Source: Halomicrobium mukohataei DSM 12286 (GTDB lineage Archaea; Halobacteriota; Halobacteria; Halobacteriales; Haloarculaceae). Taken from it: a stretch of DNA of 32,000 bases. The position numbers and the translations under genes were made by a program. Positions 25,700 to 32,000 of the stretch are shown here, piece by piece. Under the pieces are notes generated by a model. It made no database searches and was not told the DNA's origin. It saw nothing but the letters and a program-made list of their open reading frames with translations. Location: positions 960,001-992,000 of the forward strand of contig NC_013202.1 of the NCBI RefSeq assembly GCF_000023965.1. Reading direction: 5' to 3'. The number at the start of each line of letters is the position of its first letter. Position 1 is the first letter of the stretch.

Positions 25700-27793
25700 G
25701 TGTCTCAGCAGGTCGCACGCGTCGATACGCTGTTCCTCCACGAGCACGGCGACGACTACCGAGTCGTCGTTCGTCGGGACGGCGGTCGAGTGTTTCACGG
25801 CGTGCTCGAACTCAAACAGACCGACGCCGGGCCACGGCCCCGTCGGCTCCGGATCAAGCGCGGGGCCAGCGAGGACCTGCGCAGTCCCGACCAGTTCGTC
25901 GAACTCGCCCGTCGGGCCTCGCGGATCCGCATCTCCGAGCAGACCTCCGGACGGGGCCGCGAGGAGCTACGGGCGATGCTCAAGGGCTACCAGCTCTCCG
26001 CGAAGGTCGTGCGTACCTGTCGGTACTGTGCCTCCAGTGGCCGGTACTCGCCGATTACGAGCGAGACGGCGATCAAAGCCGACGACGAACACATCTGTCC
26101 GGACTGCGCTCGCGAGGAACTGGACCGCGAACTCGCACTCAACGGGGGGATCACCGGCGACGCCCAGGCTCGCCTCGAAGAGCTCCTGCTGGACGTGCAG
26201 GACCTCGATCGCATCGAGAACCTCCTCTCTGGCGAACTCGATCCCGACCTGACGAAGTTCGACGAGATCTCGGCGACCGTCGACGACATCGACCTCGTGC
26301 CCGTGGACTCGCTCGATCTCCACCCCGGCATCCAGCAACACCTCGAAGGCCGCTTCGACACGCTCTTGCCGGTCCAGAGTCTCGCCGTCGAGAACGGCGC
26401 GACCGACGGTAGAGACCAGCTCGTCGTCTCTGCAACGGCCACCGGGAAGACGCTGATCGGTGAGATGGCCGGTCTCGACCGCGTGTTGAACAACAAGGGG
26501 AAGATGCTGTTTCTCGTCCCGCTGGTGGCGCTGGCAAACCAGAAGTACGAGTCGTTCGCAGAGCGCTACGGCGACATGGTCGACGTGTCGCTGCGTGTCG
26601 GATCGAGTCGGATCGACGGCGACGGCAACCGCTTCGACCCGAACGCCGACGTGATCGTCGGCACCTACGAGGGCATCGACCACGCGCTGCGGACCGGCAA
26701 GGATCTGGGGGACATCGGGACGGTCGTCATCGACGAGGTCCACACGCTCGGCGAGGGCGAGCGTGGCCACCGCCTCGACGGGCTCATCTCGCGGCTGAAG
26801 TACTACTGCGAGCAGGGCGAGACCGTGGAACAGTCTCGGAAAGGGCGAACGGGCGACGCCCGTGAGCAAAACGTCGGGCTGGACGGCACCCAGTGGATCT
26901 ACCTCTCGGCGACGGTCGGCAACGCCAGCGACCTCGCCGAGAAGCTCCGGGCGAACCTCGTCGAGTTCGAGGAGCGTCCAGTCCCCATCGAGCGCCACGT
27001 CACCTTCGCCGACGGACAGGAGAAGACCCGCATCGAGAACAAACTCGTCAGGCGAGCCTTCGACACGAAATCGAGCAAGGGCTACCGGGGCCAGACCATC
27101 ATCTTCACCAACTCCCGACGGCGCTGTCACGAGATCTCCCGGAAACTGGAGTACGACTCGGCACCGTACCACGCCGGACTGGACAACAAGCGCCGCCACC
27201 GCGTCGAACAGCAGTTCGCCGACCAGGACCTCGCCGCGGTCGTCACGACGGCGGCGCTGGCCGCCGGGGTCGACTTCCCGGCCTCGCAGGTCGTCTTCGA
27301 CTCGCTGGCGATGGGCATCGAGTGGCTGTCGGTCCAGGAGTTCAGCCAGATGCTCGGCCGCGCCGGCCGGCCGGACTACCACGACAAGGGGACGGTCTAC
27401 CTGCTGGTCGAACCCGACTGCTCCTATCACAACAGCATGGAGATGTCGGAAGACGAGGTCGCGTTCAAACTGCTCAAAGGCGACATGGAGCCGGTCATCA
27501 CCGAGTACGACGAGGCCGCGGCCGTCGAGGAGACGCTGGCGAACGTCACCGTCGCTGGCGACCAGGCAAAGCGGCTCAACGACCGCATGATCGGCGAGGT
27601 CCCGACCAAGCACGCGCTGGGCAAACTCCTCCAGTACGAGTTCATCGACGGGCTGGAACCGACGCCGCTGGGCCGGGCCGTGACGCGGTTCTTCCTCGCG
27701 CCAGATCAGGCGTTCGCGATCCTCGATGGCATCCGCAAGGACCTGCACCCCTACGATATCGTCGCGGAGATGGAGCTGCGAGATCGGGAGTAA
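25700..27793 (+). CDS. Ski2-like superfamily-2 helicase with N-terminal C4 zinc finger (ASH-Ski2-type archaeal helicase)
   Basis: Zinc finger CRYCASSGRY...x17...CPDCA. Motif I SATATGKTL, motif II VIDEVHTLG, motif III LSATVGN, motif V TTAALAAGVDFP, motif VI QMLGRAGRP. GTG start at 25700. Confidence 0.85.
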   Translation: MSQQVARVDTLFLHEHGDDYRVVVRRDGGRVFHGVLELKQTDAGPRPRRLRIKRGASEDLRSPDQFVELARRASRIRISEQTSGRGREELRAMLKGYQLSAKVVRTCRYCASSGRYSPITSETAIKADDEHICPDCAREELDRELALNGGITGDAQARLEELLLDVQDLDRIENLLSGELDPDLTKFDEISATVDDIDLVPVDSLDLHPGIQQHLEGRFDTLLPVQSLAVENGATDGRDQLVVSATATGKTLIGEMAGLDRVLNNKGKMLFLVPLVALANQKYESFAERYGDMVDVSLRVGSSRIDGDGNRFDPNADVIVGTYEGIDHALRTGKDLGDIGTVVIDEVHTLGEGERGHRLDGLISRLKYYCEQGETVEQSRKGRTGDAREQNVGLDGTQWIYLSATVGNASDLAEKLRANLVEFEERPVPIERHVTFADGQEKTRIENKLVRRAFDTKSSKGYRGQTIIFTNSRRRCHEISRKLEYDSAPYHAGLDNKRRHRVEQQFADQDLAAVVTTAALAAGVDFPASQVVFDSLAMGIEWLSVQEFSQMLGRAGRPDYHDKGTVYLLVEPDCSYHNSMEMSEDEVAFKLLKGDMEPVITEYDEAAAVEETLANVTVAGDQAKRLNDRMIGEVPTKHALGKLLQYEFIDGLEPTPLGRAVTRFFLAPDQAFAILDGIRKDLHPYDIVAEMELRDRE

Positions 27794-27812
27794 CACGACC
27801 GATCTCGTCTAT

Positions 27813-27907
27813 GGCGAGCGGGAGCGAAGCGACACGCGAGCTACGGGACCGCGACTAACAGGAGCGGCTCGGGATAAGCGAGCGCGAACGCGACCGGCCC
27901 GCGAGGG
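27813..27907 (-). repeat. copy of the dispersed intergenic repeat family (inverted orientation)
   Basis: The reverse complement reads ccctcgcgggccggtcgcgttcgcgctcgcttatcccgagCCGCTCCTGTTAgtcgcggtcccgtaGCTCGCGTGTCGCttcGCTCCCGCTCgcc. It shares exact blocks with 7218-7243 and 18968-18979. Confidence 0.7.
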
Positions 27908-27969
27908 TGACGTTTTTATTCCCGCCGGTCCCCTCCTCTGCTGTGACACTCCCTCCGATCACGCCGGCA

Positions 27970-29853
27970 ATGGCGTTCGTCTTCGCCGTCGTCGCCGGTG
28001 CGCTCGTCCTCTTCGCGACCGAGCGCGTGCCCGTCGACGTGACCGCCATCGGCGTGATGGTTGCACTGCTGGTCGTCGAACCGCTGACCGCGCTGCTGGC
28101 CGACGCCGGAGTGCTGGCCGGGCGACTCTACGTCCTCCACGAGCCCGGCGACGCCGTCGATCCGGTGGCCGTGGGGCTCTCGGGCTTTGCCTCTCCGGCG
28201 ACGATCACCGTCCTCGCGATGTTCGTCCTCTCGGCGGGGGTCCAGCGGACCGGGGTAATCCAGATTCTGGGGGCCAAGGTCGCCGCTCTGACCGGTGACA
28301 GCGAGTCCAGACAGCTCGGGGCGACCGTCGGCATCGTCGGGCCGATCTCCGGGTTCATCAACAACACGGCGGCCGTCGCCATCCTGCTGCCCATGGTGAC
28401 AGACCTCGCACACAAGGGCCAGACCTCTCCCTCGAAGCTGTTGATGCCGCTCTCTTTTGCCTCGATGTTCGGAGGGATGCTCACGCTGATCGGCACCTCG
28501 ACGAACATCCTCGCCAGCGACCTCGCCGGCCGACTGGCGATCGAGGACCCGGCGCGGTACGGCGACCTCCACGCGTTCTCCATGTTCGAGTTCACACAGC
28601 TCGGCGTGATTCTCCTGGTGGTCGGCTCTCTGTACCTCATGACGGTCGGTCGCTGGCTCACTCCCGAACGCATCAAACCGCGTGGCGACCTGACCCAGGA
28701 GTTCGAGATGGCCGACTACCTCACCGAAGTCGTCGTCCGCGAGGACTCGCCGATCGTCGGCCAGACCGTCCACGACGCGCTGGAAGCGACCGACCTCGAC
28801 ATCGACATCGTCCAGCTAATCCGAGATCGCCGGACCTTCCTCGAACCGCTCGGTGCGAAGTCGATCCGGGCCGGTGACGTGTTCGCGATCCGGACCGACC
28901 GGGACACGCTCGTCGAACTGCTCGACGCCGAGGGCCTGGACGTGGTTCCCGACGCGGTCGTCGGCGAGGCGGAACTCGAAGCGGCCGAGGAACGACAGAA
29001 CCTCGTCGAGGTCGTGATCGCACCGGGCTCGGAGCTGGTCGGCGCATCGCTCCGGTCGACGAACTTCCGACAGCGCTACGACGCCAACGTCCTCGCGCTC
29101 CGACGCGGCGGCGAGTTGATCCGCCAGCGGATGGACCGGACGACGCTTCGCGTCGGCGACACGCTCCTGATTCAGGGGGCCGGCGACAGCATCGACCGCC
29201 TGAACAACAACCCGAACTTCATCGTCGCCCGCGAGGTCGAACGCCCCGACTTCCGGAAGTCGAAAGTCCCCGTCGCCGTCGGTATCGTCGCCGCCGTCGT
29301 CGCCGTCGCGGCACTCACGCCGGTCCCGATCGTCGTCTCGGCGCTGGCCGGCGCGCTCGGGATGATCCTCTCTGGCTGTCTGCGCTCCTCGGAGATCTAC
29401 GACGCCGTCCAGTGGGACGTGATCTTCCTGCTCGCGGGCGTCATCCCGCTGGGGCTCGCCCTGGAGGCGACCGGCGGAGCGACGCTGCTGGCCGACCTCC
29501 TCGTGCTCGCCGCGCCGTCGTTCCCGCCGCTCGTGGTGCTCGGGCTGATGTACGTCGTCACGGCGGTCCTGACGAACATCATCTCGAACAACGCCAGCGT
29601 CGTCCTCATGATCCCCGTCGCCGCCGAGGCCGCCGTCCAGCTCGGAGCCAACGCCTTCGCGTTCGTGCTGGCCGTGACCTTCGCCGCCTCGACGGCCTTC
29701 ATGACGCCCGTTGGCTACCAGACGAACCTCTTCGTCTACGGCCCCGGTGGCTATCGATTCACCGACTATCTGCGGGTCGGCGCGCCGCTACAGGCGGTCT
29801 TTGCCGTCGTCACGACTCTGGGCATCGCCTACTTCTGGGGCCTGACTCCGTGA
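27970..29853 (+). CDS. SLC13/DASS-family permease with two central TrkA-C (RCK-C) domains
   Basis: ATG 27970 (MAFVFAVVAGALVLFATERVPVDVTAIGVM). Many TM helices flank two soluble repeats (LTEVVVREDSPIVGQTV...IRAGDVFAIRTD and LVEVVIAPGSELVGASL...LRVGDTLLIQG). This architecture is typical of haloarchaeal SLC13 permeases. The track start at 27907 is GTG. Confidence 0.85.
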   Translation: MAFVFAVVAGALVLFATERVPVDVTAIGVMVALLVVEPLTALLADAGVLAGRLYVLHEPGDAVDPVAVGLSGFASPATITVLAMFVLSAGVQRTGVIQILGAKVAALTGDSESRQLGATVGIVGPISGFINNTAAVAILLPMVTDLAHKGQTSPSKLLMPLSFASMFGGMLTLIGTSTNILASDLAGRLAIEDPARYGDLHAFSMFEFTQLGVILLVVGSLYLMTVGRWLTPERIKPRGDLTQEFEMADYLTEVVVREDSPIVGQTVHDALEATDLDIDIVQLIRDRRTFLEPLGAKSIRAGDVFAIRTDRDTLVELLDAEGLDVVPDAVVGEAELEAAEERQNLVEVVIAPGSELVGASLRSTNFRQRYDANVLALRRGGELIRQRMDRTTLRVGDTLLIQGAGDSIDRLNNNPNFIVAREVERPDFRKSKVPVAVGIVAAVVAVAALTPVPIVVSALAGALGMILSGCLRSSEIYDAVQWDVIFLLAGVIPLGLALEATGGATLLADLLVLAAPSFPPLVVLGLMYVVTAVLTNIISNNASVVLMIPVAAEAAVQLGANAFAFVLAVTFAASTAFMTPVGYQTNLFVYGPGGYRFTDYLRVGAPLQAVFAVVTTLGIAYFWGLTP

Positions 29854-29918
29854 CAGGATGTGTCTATGTGCCACCGCAACGAAACCCTTTACTCAGCGAC
29901 GGCCACATCTGTTGGTAC

Positions 29919-29991
29919 GGGATCGTGGGTTAGCCTGGTATACTTCGGGCCTTGGGTGCCCGTGACCCCGGTTCAAATCCGGGCGATCCCA
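29919..29991 (+). tRNA. tRNA-Pro (anticodon TGG)
   Basis: Manual fold. Acceptor gggatcg/cgatccc with discriminator A. D-loop AGCCTGGTA. Anticodon stem cgggc/gcccg with loop ctTGGgt. T-arm cccgg-ttcaaat-ccggg. 73 nt, no CCA encoded. Confidence 0.9.
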
Positions 29992-29997
29992 TCCACC

Positions 29998-30002
29998 TTT
30001 TT
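29998..30002 (+). terminator. oligo-T tract after tRNA-Pro
   Basis: T5 run (cacctttttca) 7 nt after the tRNA 3' end. Confidence 0.45.
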
Positions 30003-30158
30003 CATCGTCGCCCTTCCTCGCGAGCCTGCGGCTCGCTGCGGCGAGAGCTCCTCGAAAAACGTGGGCGAAAAAGACTCTCCGAGTCGCACCTCCGGTGCGC
30101 TCGGAGTGAAACGCCTCGCTTCGCTCGGCGTATGCCTGACGCCACGAAGCCTTTCGGG

Positions 30159-30306
30159 ATGGCCGACAAGAATCGAAATGAGGCCCTGCTGAGAGTAAGC
30201 CCGCGAGGGCTTCGACTTCGAGGCGTGGAAGGCCGCCGAGCGGCTGGACACGTCTCGATCGACGATCAACCGTGCGCTGGACCGCGCTGACCTGTACGGT
30301 CTGTAG
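30159..30306 (+). pseudogene. small HTH (excisionase/regulator-like) gene split by a frameshift
   Basis: ATG 30159 gives MADKNRNEALLRVS... in one frame. From 30199 the +1 frame reads AREGFDFEAWKAAERLDTSRSTINRALDRADLYGL then a stop at 30304-30306, with an HTH-like AAERLDTSRSTINRAL. Neither frame alone gives a sensible protein. Confidence 0.35.
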
Positions 30307-30373
30307 AGCGCGAGACCGTTGACTGGCTGTCGCGGCGAAAGAGATATCAAGCAGCTGTATACAACGTATACAT

Positions 30374-30589
30374 ATGACCACGATTCGAGTCAACGACGAG
30401 GTGAAGGAACGACTCCGAGACCTGAAACGGGACGACGAGAGTTTCAACGATCTGCTGGACCGTTTGAGCCGGAGCGAGAAGGACGTGGAAGCAATTGCCG
30501 ACTCACTCCCGCCTGTCGACGACGAAGATATTGAGCGGATGGACAATGCGCGGGATCGGTTGAACGACTCGCTGGAGGAACGCCGGTAG
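30374..30589 (+). CDS. vapB: type II antitoxin (VapB-like)
   Basis: MTTIRVNDEVKERLRDLKRDDESFNDLLDRL is a typical haloarchaeal antitoxin N-terminus. Its stop TAG is directly followed by the ATG of a PIN-domain gene. Confidence 0.7.
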   Translation: MTTIRVNDEVKERLRDLKRDDESFNDLLDRLSRSEKDVEAIADSLPPVDDEDIERMDNARDRLNDSLEERR

Positions 30590-30991
30590 ATGATCGTCCT
30601 CGACAGAGACGTTCTTGTGAAGCTGCGCAACTCCAACGAGACAGTCGTTCAGCACCTCCAGCAGTACAGCACACGCGAGTGGACGATCCCTTCACACGTC
30701 GCCTGGGAATCGTTTCAATACCATAGCACTCGGGCGGAGATGCTACAAGAACAGCACCATCTCCGGTCGAACTTCGACAGGATTCTCTCCTTCACAGCCG
30801 ATACAGCACTTGAAGCCGCCTACATCGATCAGAAGCTACAGTCACAGGACGTGACTCTCGACGCGGTCGACCTGCTGAATCTGGCGACCGCCCACGAAGC
30901 CGGTGGGATGTTCGTCACACACAACAGGAATGACTTCGACAAGGAGCCGATTACGCAGTTAGCCGATGTCGACGTTGTACGCACCGAGTGA
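30590..30991 (+). CDS. vapC: PIN-domain ribonuclease toxin (VapC)
   Basis: MIVLDRDVL (first acidic residue), HVAWES, DAVDLLNLATA and THNRNDFDK give the spaced D/E/D/D pattern of PIN domains. It is 133 aa and visibly lower in GC than the window average. Confidence 0.8.
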   Translation: MIVLDRDVLVKLRNSNETVVQHLQQYSTREWTIPSHVAWESFQYHSTRAEMLQEQHHLRSNFDRILSFTADTALEAAYIDQKLQSQDVTLDAVDLLNLATAHEAGGMFVTHNRNDFDKEPITQLADVDVVRTE

Positions 30992-31068
30992 ATATCTCGC
31001 GTCGGGAGAGCAGTACCCAGCGTAGGATTGCCCCGACACTGCCCGAATAGAACAGCAGTTCGGACGAC

Positions 31069-31257
31069 GTGAGCGCCAACACGCTTCGCCACAGCGTTGC
31101 GTGGTGGATGCTCCAGGCAGCGGATGGAAACACGCTCTCCGACGTTCGAAACCGACACATACAGCCGACAGTATCAGTGCTGTCTGCCGATTCGACAGAG
31201 CAGAATCGACCGCACGACGGCGGCGATTGTCCGTCTGAGTGGACAAAGCGTTTGTAA
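31069..31257 (+). pseudogene. tyrosine recombinase (phage-integrase family) C-terminal relic
   Basis: ANTLRHSVAWWMLQAADGNTLSDVRNRHIQPT matches the HxLRH...G...V...LGH box II region of XerC/D-like integrases. The upstream frame is closed by stops, and the region expected to hold the catalytic Tyr has degenerated. Confidence 0.5.
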
Positions 31258-31280
31258 CCGGGTACGGAAGTGTGGCAGAG

Positions 31281-32000
31281 ATGGTCAACACGACGAAGTT
31301 GCTCTTGGGTCTCACCTTCGTACTGGTGCTTTTGATAGTGGACGTGCTCGTCTCGTATTTCACTGGCACCCTGGGCGAAGGCGTTGCGACGTTTCTCATC
31401 CAGGCGCTCGGGACTGTTGCCACCCTCCTTTTCGTCGGAGCGACGTTTCTCACGGTCCGTCAAAACCGAAAGACGATCCAGGAGCTCAGAAAGGATCGAG
31501 AAAAGCAAGTCGTCATCGACGAACTCCAGTACGTCATCCAGCCCGCGATAGATCGCCTCGCCGGGAACATCGAGAAGCTGGAAGCGGGTTTCGTCGGCTG
31601 GAAACCCGGCGACCAAGCATTTCCAGCAGACGAGCAGTGGGAGCCCGAGGGTGGGCTTTCGATTCAGAAGCCCCTCTCGAAGACGCAGACGGACGAGGCA
31701 GCACTGTTGCGTTCGAAAGAGCGCCACCCGGAGTTACACTCGGAACTGGAGTCGTACGACACGACGGTCGATGACTTGACTGCGGCGGCACGTGACGTGG
31801 TGCGGACAGCTGGTCCCGAACTGACGGCAAAAGTCGAACGTGACGTGCCCCGGTTCGACTTCTCTCGGGGGAGCATGAGTGTCGACCCGCCGCGGCTTTT
31901 GTCGTATCTCTTAGACGGCGAGGGGCGGGAGTACCGAGACCTCCATACCGGCTGGTCGCAGCTACTCGAACAGCGCGGAGACGAATTCCGGGCGCTCCTC
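31281..32000 (+). CDS. membrane-anchored hypothetical protein, partial (runs off the window end)
   Basis: Not in the track (no stop in the window). My translation from ATG 31281 reads MVNTTKLLLGLTFVLVLLIVDVLVSYFTGTLGEGVATFLIQALGTVATLLFVGATFLTVRQNRKTIQELRKDREKQVVIDELQYVIQPAIDRLAGNIEKLEAG... It is open through nt 32000. Two N-terminal TM helices precede a charged soluble domain. No family recognised. Confidence 0.5.
   Translation, partial: MVNTTKLLLGLTFVLVLLIVDVLVSYFTGTLGEGVATFLIQALGTVATLLFVGATFLTVRQNRKTIQELRKDREKQVVIDELQYVIQPAIDRLAGNIEKLEAGFVGWKPGDQAFPADEQWEPEGGLSIQKPLSKTQTDEAALLRSKERHPELHSELESYDTTVDDLTAAARDVVRTAGPELTAKVERDVPRFDFSRGSMSVDPPRLLSYLLDGEGREYRDLHTGWSQLLEQRGDEFRALL

Noticed and set aside
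25967-27796. 609-aa ORF on the minus strand
   Set aside because: It is antisense to the helicase, whose motifs I-VI are all present in the plus frame.
29893-31774. Track ORFs 29893..30636(-), 30951..31727(-), 31097..31774(+) and 29952..30290(+)
   Set aside because: They overlap the tRNA-Pro end region, vapBC, the integrase relic or the 31281 ORF in wrong frames or on the wrong strand. Ser/Arg-rich composition, no motifs.
29992-32000. Second att site (direct repeat of the tRNA-Pro 3' end) inside the window
   Set aside because: The only match is a 9-nt stretch, ccccggttc, near 31850, which is compatible with chance. The far boundary of any island must lie beyond nt 32000.

Overview
By eye this window is GC-rich with a strong G/C third-codon-position bias, and the predicted proteins are very acidic. 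That is typical of a haloarchaeal (class Halobacteria) chromosome. Most of it is ordinary, densely packed housekeeping DNA. All product calls come from motifs I recognised by reading; no search was run.

Genes present, in order:
- 1-3124: the start of a MutS-like gene, a UspA-type protein, and a GCS2-family glutamate-cysteine ligase.
- 3108-5865: a znuABC-type metal ABC importer.
- 5957-8312: a LOG/TIGR00725-like protein and two membrane proteins.
- 8360-10289: PCNA and a copper nitrite reductase (nirK).
- 10503-13943: a Bmp-family binding lipoprotein tightly coupled to an Htr/MCP transducer.
- 14223-16148: RlmE-TRAM, a SWIM zinc-finger protein, and a TRAM protein.
- 16662-18733: an SDR, a small membrane protein, and a sugar-1-phosphate nucleotidyltransferase.
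- 19320-22539: an rpa3-rpap3 pair with conserved unknown neighbours.
- 22643-29991: tRNA-His, a CBS-containing M50 protease, a DUF4013-like membrane protein, an ASH-Ski2-type helicase with a C4 zinc finger, an SLC13/TrkA-C permease, and tRNA-Pro.

Non-routine content:
1. An orphan Bmp-type binding protein sits 6 nt from a chemotaxis transducer. This is a candidate binding-protein-dependent chemoreceptor with an unassigned ligand.
2. A degenerate intergenic repeat family shares sequence blocks at several loci. It includes a 60-bp tandem array and a roughly 0.5-kb gene-free, hairpin-rich stretch.
3. An 81-nt near-perfect hairpin lies at 16263-16343.
4. A lower-GC island follows tRNA-Pro, carrying a frameshifted HTH mini-ORF, vapBC, an integrase C-terminal relic and an unknown membrane protein cut by the window end.
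5. An HNH-nuclease relic lies beside tRNA-His.
6. Candidate operators sit upstream of nirK (CGAA-N4-TTCG) and znuA (10-bp inverted repeat).

I found no CRISPR array, rRNA gene or intact transposase.
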